From Barthelona sp. PCE (Eukaryota): DNA of 64,000 bases. Location of the stretch: the NCBI GenBank assembly GCA_040285745.1, contig JAUFOR010000006.1, forward strand, positions 124,001-188,000, read 5' to 3'. The notes beneath the pieces are model-generated. The model saw only the letters and a program-made list of their open reading frames with translations, did not search any database and was not told where the DNA came from. Made by a program: the position numbers and the translations under genes. Positions within the stretch are counted from its first letter, which is position 1, and each line of letters begins with the position of its first letter. Of the stretch, positions 54,457 to 64,000 are shown one piece after another.

Positions 54457-57400
54457 CTAAGAATCTTCCAGATCAAAGCGTGGAAGAATATGCATAGCCA
54501 TCAACTCATGGAATAGTAGTAGAGCAGCACGTGGCATAGGAACAACAGATACAGTATGCTCAATTTGCTTGCTACGACAAGAACGACAGAACGCTGTCTC
54601 TAGAACCTGAGTACCAGTCTCAAAGATACTATCAGCAAACATACCGCAATGATCACAAATCAAAACATGATCAGCATCAGCGTTATGAAACATACGATCT
54701 AAAAGGAATTCTGTGCAACCATGTGCAATAATAGCATCTCTTTCCATTTCACCGACACGAGTACCACCCATACGAGAACGACCTTTAAGAGGTTGTTTGG
54801 TGATTGTAGCAAGAGGACCACGAGCTCTAGAGTGTAATTTATCATGAACCAAGTGCTTAAGACGCTGGTAAAAAGTAGGACCAAAGAATACAACTGCAGA
54901 AAGTCGTTGACCAGTAAAACCGTTATACAGGGCTTCGTGACCGTATCTTTGTTGACCAAGATCATGTAGACGTTGAGAAATACCACCGACATTCAACTCG
55001 TTAAAAGCTGTACCATCACCCAGGATACCTTCGAAAACAGCAACCTTAGATAACAAACACTCAATGAGCTGCCCGACAGTCATACGAGAAGGAATAGCAT
55101 GAGGGTTCATGATTAAATCAGGAGAAATACCATTGCAAGAGAAAGGCATATCTGCTTGAGTAAAAGTAATACCAATAACACCCTTTTGTCCATGACGAGA
55201 AGAAAACTTATCACCTACTTCAGGAATACAAGGCATACGAATACGCACAGCACCTAATAAATTATCGTCCTCACTCTTTGTGATAACAACTCTGTCAACA
55301 TAACCAGCTTCAGTAGAACGTACACGGATTGATGCATCAATCTTCTTCTGCATACCTAACCCCTCCATCTCTTGTGAAGGAACAATTGTTCTACCAATCA
55401 AAATTTCATTGGGACCAATAGTTACATCAGGGGTAATTAAACCATCAACGTCCAGATTTTTCTTCCATGCACCATTGCTGTCATAACCAAACTCCAACTC
55501 AGCTGGATCAGGTTTCTCAAACTGTTGTTTCTCTCGTGTTGTATCCTCTTCACCAATGTAAGTTCTGAAGGAAGACGAACGGAAGAGACCTCGGTCAAGA
55601 GAAGAACGTGACATGATCAACGAATCTTCTTGGTTGAAACCAGTGTAACATAAAACAGCTACAATGATATTTTGTCCTGCTGGTAAATCAAGGAAACGTA
55701 AATATTCCATTGGTCTTGTAAAGACTAAAGGTCGTTGAGGATAGTGTAAGATGTAACCTAGAGGATCCATTCTCTGTTCGAAATTAGTCATATAAACTCC
55801 CATAGCTTGTTTTCCCATAGCCGATTGGTAAGTGTTACGTGGCGACTGGTTGTGATCAGGGAAAGGAATGACACTTGCACATACACCTAAAATCATTGAA
55901 GGATGAATCTCACAGTGTGTAAATTGTTCTAAATTCAAACGATGTTGATCAATCTCCTCCTGTTGTTCAGCCGTCTCGCCAACGGTGCCGACAATGTCGT
56001 GCAGCTCTTTGAGATAACCAACGTGAGGTGCAATGAGAGCTGATGCAGATCCAAGCACGTCAATGAACTCAATGCAACCATTGTCTATCAGTTCCTTGAA
56101 TTCAACACCGGAACGACATAGATCGCCCTGGCACTGAAGATGTCCGTCGTTAACAACAAAGATGGGACGTAAAGGACGGCCGTAATCAGTGTAGAAGTGA
56201 ATTTCACGACGTTGAGTCGAACTCGAAGATATGGGTATCTTCATAGTACGCGGGGTGACTGACACCTGCCATGAGAACTCACCGCGACGCTGACGCTCTA
56301 AAAACTCTCCAACAAGCCAATCTCCTTCACCTTCACTGACATACGCACCAATCCAATCACCGTTCAAGAACACCTTCCATACGTTCATGTCCGCAAAGAT
56401 GTAGGGTTGACAATGGGCAAGGACTTCCATACGGTTATCCAGGAATGACCAAAGGCGATGTGTGGCTTCGTAATCGGTGGTTGAGACCAACGTTGTTAAT
56501 GCGAGATGCTTGGTGAGACCAACTTGTGCACCTTCTGGTGTTTCTGCTGGACAGATCATGCCCCACTGCGTGTTGTGAAGTTGACGCATACGTGTGCTCT
56601 TTCCTGTTGATGCCTTGTTGTAAACGACACGTCGAAGATAAGAAAGAGAGAGAAGGTAGGTAAGACGTTCAAGCTTCTGTGCGACACCCTTTCTACCGAG
56701 TGTACCAGTACGGACACCCCAGTTACCTGTTGATAATGACCAACGCAGACCTTCACTTATTGATGTGGGACGCCATTGCGTTTTGAGTGTGTTACCGTCC
56801 ATCTTAGAGTTCTTACGAAGATAACGCTGTAAAGAACGTGATAAACGCTTACGTTCTTCATAAAACAACTGTCTGAACAGGGATTCGACCAATGTACCGG
56901 CCAAATCAAGACGCTTCATACCATAGTGATCTCGATCAGTCGGTAACTCACGGCCGATAATAGCACTGAGTAACTTGTTACACATGTGACCGATATATTT
57001 TGCTTTAGCATTATTCGAACCTGAACGCCTCTTATCAGTGTGGAAAGCAGCCATTCGACGGAAACGTTCATTGGGATCAATGATATCAGGAGATTCAAAA
57101 TCATGATACTGACTGAAATTTTGAAGAGGTTGAGAACCAATATGGGGAAGTACATGTTGATCAATCTTCTCACGAGCTCGTTGAATACGTTCTTCAGGTT
57201 GTAACTGTCTAATGTTATCAACTAAACGGATGGCAATAACGTCAAGTGCTCTGTCCTGCGAAAAATCATTGAAAAGTTCTTCGTAAGCATCCAATGATGA
57301 TGATAATACTTCAAGAATTGCAATATCACTCTCATCATAAACGATAAGTTCAACTGCTTCTCGAATACTATCAACACCAAGTGCCTTGAGTAAAATAACA

Positions 57401-58221
57401 AGCGGCAAAGGGGATTTGCTGTCCTTATATAAATCATCCCAGTAAACAGTGAGACCTTGTGCAGTAAGTTCAATCTTTAAATTTGCAGGCATATGTTGGA
57501 TATCAGGGTTGAGTGAGTCAACTTCAACGGACAATGATCCATCTTGTTGGACAATGACGAATGACTGATTACGAACACGATTCTCCTGCGAAATTAATAC
57601 TTTTTCACTACCACGAATAATGAAATAACCACCTTGATCAAGTGGGCATTCACCTGCCTTCCTGACGACATCGTCCGCTGTGATACTGGTCTGCTTCATG
57701 TCCTTAAGGCGTTCAATCTGACGTGAAAGATGACAATAACCACATCGAACCATTAATGGAATTCTAGCAAGCTCAAGTTGCTCAAAAAGCTGTGTATCCT
57801 CGAGTTCCCACTGTTTGCCATTGAATGTAACGAGCTCTTCAGCATTTCGTTCACCGGTAGGCTTGCAAAGCGTAGTCACCATAAGATCTGTGTAAAACAT
57901 TGTAGAATACGTAACTTTCCTTAAGCGACATTGCTGCGGGGTAATTTCTGTGTCAGGGAGCTTGGGATCTGTGGGCTTCTTCTCCGAACAAGCGTTCAAA
58001 AACTTAATTACAAAGCATCTGTACTTTGCATCATCAACTGTTGTAATGATTGCGTCTGCGTTCTCCGGGTGCACCTCTATCACGATCGGATCAGAGTCAC
58101 GGATGATCTGACGAATTGATACATTCAGAAACACATCGTATGAATCGATCTGCTGTCTGGTCAGCCCCATGTCCTTGAAGAAACTGGTAAGTACGTTCCA
58201 TACCTCGTCTTGAGAGAGCAT
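54457..58221 (-). CDS. RPB2: RNA polymerase II second-largest subunit
   Basis: GGYFIIRGSEKV, CPAETPEG, PDHNQSPRNTYQSAMGKQAMG, GFNQEDS, GDKFSSRHGQKG, NPHAIPSRMT, GEMERD, C-terminal Zn finger (CDHC/CRSC). Confidence 0.95.
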   Translation of the reverse strand: MLSQDEVWNVLTSFFKDMGLTRQQIDSYDVFLNVSIRQIIRDSDPIVIEVHPENADAIITTVDDAKYRCFVIKFLNACSEKKPTDPKLPDTEITPQQCRLRKVTYSTMFYTDLMVTTLCKPTGERNAEELVTFNGKQWELEDTQLFEQLELARIPLMVRCGYCHLSRQIERLKDMKQTSITADDVVRKAGECPLDQGGYFIIRGSEKVLISQENRVRNQSFVIVQQDGSLSVEVDSLNPDIQHMPANLKIELTAQGLTVYWDDLYKDSKSPLPLVILLKALGVDSIREAVELIVYDESDIAILEVLSSSLDAYEELFNDFSQDRALDVIAIRLVDNIRQLQPEERIQRAREKIDQHVLPHIGSQPLQNFSQYHDFESPDIIDPNERFRRMAAFHTDKRRSGSNNAKAKYIGHMCNKLLSAIIGRELPTDRDHYGMKRLDLAGTLVESLFRQLFYEERKRLSRSLQRYLRKNSKMDGNTLKTQWRPTSISEGLRWSLSTGNWGVRTGTLGRKGVAQKLERLTYLLSLSYLRRVVYNKASTGKSTRMRQLHNTQWGMICPAETPEGAQVGLTKHLALTTLVSTTDYEATHRLWSFLDNRMEVLAHCQPYIFADMNVWKVFLNGDWIGAYVSEGEGDWLVGEFLERQRRGEFSWQVSVTPRTMKIPISSSSTQRREIHFYTDYGRPLRPIFVVNDGHLQCQGDLCRSGVEFKELIDNGCIEFIDVLGSASALIAPHVGYLKELHDIVGTVGETAEQQEEIDQHRLNLEQFTHCEIHPSMILGVCASVIPFPDHNQSPRNTYQSAMGKQAMGVYMTNFEQRMDPLGYILHYPQRPLVFTRPMEYLRFLDLPAGQNIIVAVLCYTGFNQEDSLIMSRSSLDRGLFRSSSFRTYIGEEDTTREKQQFEKPDPAELEFGYDSNGAWKKNLDVDGLITPDVTIGPNEILIGRTIVPSQEMEGLGMQKKIDASIRVRSTEAGYVDRVVITKSEDDNLLGAVRIRMPCIPEVGDKFSSRHGQKGVIGITFTQADMPFSCNGISPDLIMNPHAIPSRMTVGQLIECLLSKVAVFEGILGDGTAFNELNVGGISQRLHDLGQQRYGHEALYNGFTGQRLSAVVFFGPTFYQRLKHLVHDKLHSRARGPLATITKQPLKGRSRMGGTRVGEMERDAIIAHGCTEFLLDRMFHNADADHVLICDHCGMFADSIFETGTQVLETAFCRSCRSKQIEHTVSVVPMPRAALLLFHELMAMHILPRFDLEDS

Positions 58222-58627
58222 TGGAACAAGTGATGTAAGGAAAAAATGAGAAAGCACATTTTCTCAGCATTTCACAGTACATCTTTCACTTTACTAACAG
58301 TAAATTGCGCATAGCAGTGGTTTGGGTTGCACAAAGGACTGAAATCGCAACTTCACAAATCAATTCATGACCGATCATAATACAGCGCTATTAGCTGTTT
58401 GAAGCAAACCATGCATCTATGAAACCCTTGGGAAGGTGCTCGATATGTGAATAAATCATTAAAGCGAAGAATTTTACTTTTTCTACAAATGCTCATATAC
58501 AGTTCACTGTATACTTCGAAATGGTGTATAAGACGATAAATATGCACAATACGAGACAGATATTCAATAAATGATCAAATTGGAAAATGTTGCAGGCAAA
58601 GGCGTAACTTCCTTTATAACCCTTATC

Positions 58628-59062
58628 ATGAATCCCCCTATTGACACATTGCTGAAAAACGTTGTACCATTTGGTTTAGTTGATAACAAAGACGAGTTGA
58701 ATCAACTAATATCAAAGAAACTCGACTGTCCTGTTGATCACCTGTCATTCTTCAAGTTAATACCAGTGGATTTGGAAGAAGATCTCGGTACAGAGACGCT
58801 TGTTGTTGTTGCTGAAGAAGCTATTGATTTTCATGAATTTAGCTTCTTGAAGTATCAGAATAACACAATTGTTCAAGCTATTGAGAATATGGGCCATGTA
58901 ATGTCAAAATCAAAGGTTTTTTCACCATATCATCCTCCAATGGCCACTGCACAAGATGCTGAATCAATGTTAGAACAAATGACGGGTTTAAAAGAACAAA
59001 TAGCACATTTACAAACACAATTAGAAACTTTAGAAGGTAAGATTGAAACCAAAACAGAATAA
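58628..59062 (+). CDS. Hypothetical protein with C-terminal coiled coil
   Basis: ORF 58571-59062. The start at 58628 (MNPPID) is preferred but uncertain. Confidence 0.6.
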   Translation: MNPPIDTLLKNVVPFGLVDNKDELNQLISKKLDCPVDHLSFFKLIPVDLEEDLGTETLVVVAEEAIDFHEFSFLKYQNNTIVQAIENMGHVMSKSKVFSPYHPPMATAQDAESMLEQMTGLKEQIAHLQTQLETLEGKIETKTE

Positions 59063-59089
59063 TGAAGTGAGAAAAAAAATATACTTCAC

Positions 59090-61828
59090 TTATGTACGTG
59101 GACCAAATCGATGAGTCCTAGTAGGTATAATGTTGTCCGTTGAAGGCACAGTAACTAACTTTTCTTTTTGTTGTTGCTGTGAAATAAAAGACATTACAGA
59201 CATTCTCAATGTATCGAAACCTTTCATTTGTTCTTCAAAAGCTGATTGAATCACTAAAACCTCTTCATTCTTGTTCTTTAATTGATCTCTAAGATCTCTA
59301 ATCAATTTCTCCTTCTTAATCAGTTCACTTTCAATTTTCAAAACTTTTTGTTTAATTAGTGCAATATTCCATTGTTTTGCTTCATCTGGAAGGAATCCTT
59401 GCTTCAAACTTTCATTTTCATTCAATAAATCGTTATATAAACCATTAATCTTTGCATTCTCGATCTTCAAAGTCTGTATCTGAACATTAAGCACCTTAAA
59501 CCGATGTTCACTCTCAGTAACAAACACCGCATGTTTCTTTTGCAAATCTTCAATATCTCTAAAATGTTGCAATGTACTCATCTCCTTTTTCTCCAGATCT
59601 CGTTGTGTGAATCTTATATTAGTCTCTTCAGCAGATTTTCGAATCTCTTGGAGGCGATCCTCATAATCTGTAATGATTTCAAGCTTTTCTTTTGCTTTAG
59701 ATTGAAGTTCTTCCTCCAAAAATGATATACGACTCCGAAGATTATCTTCATCATGAATACGCTTGTGTAAAGCCTGATTTTGTGATGACATGTCACTCAA
59801 GGTCTTCTCTAAGTCATAAATCCTTGTATTAACCTTTGTCTCACTTAGTTTTCCCTTCAAAATACGTAACATTTCAGCAGATTTCTTAGAATCTTCTTGA
59901 TACATTTTAAGACTATTACGCAGCGTGATGATCTCGTTTTCGTACGTGTCCGCCTGCTTTTTCTCTTGTAAATACTTTCGGCGTAAAGCGTAATACTTCT
60001 CTTGAAAATTTTTCAAAGCTCCTTGAACAGTGGTCATCTCTGCCCTATGGTTCTGGTTGATTGTACCAAGCTCTTCTTTAGAAATTAATGCTTTCATTTT
60101 GCTGTCCAAATCAAAATTGCGCTTTTTCAACTTTTGAATAATTTTCTGTTTTTCAATAATATCCTCCTCTAAACGGTGGTTTTCCTGCCCAAAATCAGCA
60201 CGCAAGCCATCAAGCTCTTTAACACGTTTTTCTAACGACTTATTCTTCATATCTATAGTCATATCTTCAATCTGCATGTTTTTAATCTCTGTGTCCTTAT
60301 TACTGATAATCCTACGCAGCTCTTCAATCTCACCTTTCAATCCATCAACTAAAAGAGTGTATTCTTGCAATTCTTTGCTTTGTTCTTCATACAGCATCTT
60401 ATCTTCAGCGTTAGACTCTCGTTCGCGTTCTAATGTAGCCTTTAAATCAACATTTTCCTTATCAATTAAATCATAATCAGCCTTAGAAACTTCATTCTCA
60501 TCACATTTCCTTTTCCATTCCATAGCTTCAGATTTTGCAGTATTCAATTCTTGATTTAAGGAATCTAATACTTCAGCATTTTTCTTCTCTGCTTCTTCTA
60601 ATAATACAGCAGGAACCATATCTTCTTCAGTTTCTGGAACTTTAGTTGCAATGGATAAATTATGTTCAGCTTCTCGATTCTTTTTTTTTAGTTCTTCCAT
60701 TTCCTTCTTCAGATTAGAAACTAGAAATTCCAATCCATTCTTGTCTTCTTCCATCTGCTCTGCTCGTTCTTCAGCAGCTGTAACATGAGCTCTTAAATCT
60801 GTAACAATCGACTCATCAACTGTTGATATTGGCTCTATTACTCCATCATTCTTCGGTTCTAAAGCCTCAATTTTGGTTTCTTCTTTTGTACACACAGGCA
60901 TCGTCTCCCCCAATATTGGTTTGAGTGTATCCATCGTCCCTGTACCAATCACGCTATTAGTGAGTGGTTCGATGGTTACATCAGAATCTTTGGGAAAAAA
61001 TTTCGACGATAAACTCTCTGTCTCTGTCTCATCATCGTCATCATTATCCACTCCATACGTCTTTAATAACAACATCTCATCGGTTGTAGTACCTAATAAA
61101 GCTGCATGTTCTGTTTTCATCTTCTTCCTCGTCATTACTTCTGAAGCTGTCGTTAAAGTATTCATTAAATCATCTGATGTACTCATGCTAGATGTCTCTG
61201 TAGATGTACCGCTGTTATGCGCCAATAAATCTGTCAAAGAAGGTACGCTCGTCATGTCTTCTTGCAGCGTTTTTCGTAACTGTTCAGCACTCTGCAATTC
61301 AATTGATCCTGTTGTGAAGCTATCAATGTCCTCACCACCTGCAGGAATATCACTTACATCAATGCTGCTTTTATCCTCAACCTCTATTTTATCATATAAC
61401 TTGTACAATTCTGCTGAAGTATAATTTCCTAACTTCTCTGTAAGTGTTGTTGGTGATAGCTTGCTGATATCAACATCTTTTTCAGGAGTTTTAAGGAAAT
61501 CTGGCTCAGAAATCGTTTTTCTGATTGGTTCTTCTTCCTTTTTTGTTCCCAAAATATCATCCAATTGTTCATCCATCGTCTTTTCCAATGAATATAAAGG
61601 TTTTTGCGTTAATCCCATCGATTCTTTAGAAGAAGCAGGTCTCTTCTTGTCTTGCCCCGGAGGAGTCAGAATGTCCTCCATCATCACGTCAATTTCGTCA
61701 GGTTCGTTGGATCTTCGACGTTGTGTGAGTCCACTATGTCCTAAATGTTAGAAGCAAACAACCGCGCGGTCTAAACCGTCTTGATACATACGCCCACGAG
61801 TGCCCCTCATCCACCTACTACTGAACAT
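59090..61828 (-). CDS. Coiled-coil protein with acidic disordered N-terminus (2 exons: 61828-61792, 61740-59090)
   Basis: Long heptad region. Exon 1 MFSSRWMRGTRG joins in frame after intron removal. Confidence 0.8.
61741..61791 (-). other. Spliceosomal intron, 51 nt, phase 1
   Basis: GTATGT...TCTAAC-ATT-TAG; contains an in-frame TAA, and its removal supplies an ATG start to the 59090-61687 ORF. Confidence 0.87.
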
Positions 61829-62241
61829 GTTCTGTTGATGCAATAAATGCGTTGAAAAGGATAAAAAAAGTGACTATGCAAATTTCATCCTCTATAGGCG
61901 TATTCATTTTATTTGTGGGTTTTTTTTTGTTCATTTTGTGATCGTTTAAGATGGGCCTCAGTTGTTTTTATGGTACGATTGAAAAAAAAATTTTTTTGCT
62001 CACATTTCTTTTTTTTAGCTAAATAATACATATACGTGTCATTTTGTCCATTTTTTGACAATTTTATATCACTCTCCATTGGAGATGAAACGAGAGAAAT
62101 TTGTTTTTAAAATCAATTATTTATTTATAAACAGGAAAGTTTATAAGTATCATGGTTGACAGTTTTCTTATTCCTCTTACTTCAACGTCAACATATTATT
62201 GATGAATTACACAAAAAAGAAAAAACTACACTTGTTTAATT

Positions 62242-62685
62242 TTACTGTTCAGCTTTAGCATTACCAGAAGCTAAAGCCTCTGTCTTCTGAATAAAGAGAC
62301 TCTTTAAACTTCTTAATAAACTAGTTCTATCCTGAATTGAACCCTCTAATTGTTGAATTTGTTGAGATAACTCATCATGACGACCTTCAAAATATGTTTT
62401 AGCTTGTTCAGCGTTTCTTTCAACATAAATCTTTCCTCCAATACCAACTAGGAAATCAGTCTTTGCAATTTGTCCAGGTAGGTAGATGCTTTCTGTAATA
62501 GGTACAAGTAGTTCTTTTGTCTCTACGCCATCCTTGTGGTCATCAATTACTGAAACAGCTTTGTTAAGACGGACAGAGATTTGCCTTAATGATCCGTAAT
62601 GCGATGTTAGCAAATTTATCTCGCGTTCCATGTTCTCAATGGCAGCTTTAAGCTGTTCTGGTGTAAAGTCTTGAGGAGAAGTCAT
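62242..62685 (-). CDS. PFDN5: Prefoldin alpha subunit 5
   Basis: 'ELLVPITESIYLPG...FLVGIGGKIYVERNAEQAKTYF' flanked by coiled coils. Confidence 0.88.
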   Translation of the reverse strand: MTSPQDFTPEQLKAAIENMEREINLLTSHYGSLRQISVRLNKAVSVIDDHKDGVETKELLVPITESIYLPGQIAKTDFLVGIGGKIYVERNAEQAKTYFEGRHDELSQQIQQLEGSIQDRTSLLRSLKSLFIQKTEALASGNAKAEQ

Positions 62686-63122
62686 TATATAAGTGAAAAA
62701 AAGGTATTACAAGTTTAAATAAAAGGATAACAAAGTATAACAAGCAAAAACTTACTCAATGTGCATTGTGTAAATGCAAAGTGGTTTGACAGCATGGATT
62801 ATACCTGTTCCTGTATAAATATTAGCTCTAACAGCTTACAAACGCTTTGCGCAATGCCTTGAAAAAAAGCTTTTATTCACGTATATAATTTGAGTCTAAC
62901 GACACACTTGAAGAATGATAAGCCTCATAATAACCACAAACAATGAACAACACATCATCAATATATATATCTTGTGCTAATGAGTATATCACATTATATG
63001 GTAAAGGAATTCCCGTTATGAGTATAGTGATTAATAATAAGTTCTATTTATGGTTCAAACCAGATCAAAAAGTAAGACAAAGAGAAAGAGAAAGTGAAAC
63101 TCACTACCGGTAGTAAAAATAT

Positions 63123-64000
63123 TTACTGCTGTTTACACACAGTAGGGTCTTCATTGATCATACGAACAGTCTCAGCTAAAGAATATTCAAACTCACAATT
63201 GATGAACCTCTCCACACACATATTCAAAGTCATAGCTGTATTATCCTCTTCCATATCTTCCATTATTTCCATGGTATTGGTGACATACTGTACAAGAAGA
63301 TTAAATAAGTCGAAATCATCATTGTAGTTCAATATTAATAAGAACAAGTTCAAAGTTTTCCTTATCGTAACTTCAGTAGCATTATTACTCAAACTAACAA
63401 TAGTTTCAAAAATTTTCATCTTTGATGTTTTTGTAATTTCTCCAGCTGTTGCAAATAAGAAACTCTCAAAAGTATATAATAATGATAATATTTCTTTTTC
63501 AGTCTTAAACTCAAATTTTTCTATCAAACTAATTAATAAACCCCATAATTCATCAAATAAGTGTAGAAATGCCATATCTCCAACTACCTTACATGTTGCA
63601 GATAAATCTAAATCATCTAAAGAAGTAAGAAGTAATGGGTATAAAGATTTTTGATTCCATTCATCAATCTTACTCAACACATCATCATCAAAAAAGTCTT
63701 CTGAAGCAGTTGAAATTAACATTTCAGATATAGCACCGAGAATTGAATTGGATAATTTGCAAAAATTTTCTAAAGAAGTTAAAAAATAAGCTGCAAATTT
63801 GGGATATAACTCTATTAAACCACAGAAAGATGCTCCCATAGATACGTTATGATACTTGGGATCAATAACATTCAATACTTTCTTCATAAACTCCATAATA
63901 ATTTTTATAGAATCACTGCTAGTAAAAAACTTATATAATTCATTTGCACCAAAAAAATGATTCATGAACTCGTTTAGTTCTTCAGTCCAATCAAACTGTT
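63123..64000 (-). CDS. Helical (ARM/HEAT-like) hypothetical protein, 5' end outside the window
   Basis: The frame stays open upstream of ATG 63965 to the window edge (…QFDWTEELNEF-M). Confidence 0.62.
   Translation of the reverse strand, partial: QFDWTEELNEFMNHFFGANELYKFFTSSDSIKIIMEFMKKVLNVIDPKYHNVSMGASFCGLIELYPKFAAYFLTSLENFCKLSNSILGAISEMLISTASEDFFDDDVLSKIDEWNQKSLYPLLLTSLDDLDLSATCKVVGDMAFLHLFDELWGLLISLIEKFEFKTEKEILSLLYTFESFLFATAGEITKTSKMKIFETIVSLSNNATEVTIRKTLNLFLLILNYNDDFDLFNLLVQYVTNTMEIMEDMEEDNTAMTLNMCVERFINCEFEYSLAETVRMINEDPTVCKQQ

Noticed and set aside
1..64000. Alternative genetic code or stop-codon readthrough
   Set aside because: Conserved genes end at expected positions with TAA, TAG (RPB2) or TGA. 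Every ORF break found is explained by a canonical intron.

Overview
Eukaryotic nuclear DNA from a very compact, AT-rich genome of a flagellated protist, using the standard genetic code. The intron signals (GTATG[T/A] donor, branch point fused to the acceptor as CT[A/G/T]AC-NTT-TAG) suggest a metamonad-type lineage; this is an inference. About 30 protein genes are packed with gaps of often only 0-60 nt. Recognisable genes: a condensin CAP-D3-like HEAT protein (partial), a polysaccharide pyruvyl transferase, an AMPK/MARK-family kinase, CFAP74, a Sec7 ArfGEF, a bacterial-type GT4 (MggS-like) glycosyltransferase, Sec20, Sec24, dUTPase, a DEDDy exonuclease, AK7, SPAG16/PF20, gamma-SNAP, HPRT, a large beta-helix/Cys-rich multipass surface protein, CAMSAP (CKK), a giant coiled-coil with a MAP65/Ase1-like C-terminus, RPB2 and prefoldin 5. 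Four 41-51 nt introns missed by the ORF track were reconstructed. The main oddities are a 91-bp diverged copy of the kinase 5' end just behind its own stop codon, a recurrent CCTTTTC upstream motif, probable bacterial gene transfers, a degenerate transmembrane adenylyl-cyclase-like protein and a P-loop-dead AK7. All family assignments are from motif recognition by eye. No rRNA, tRNA, CRISPR or clear mobile element was seen.
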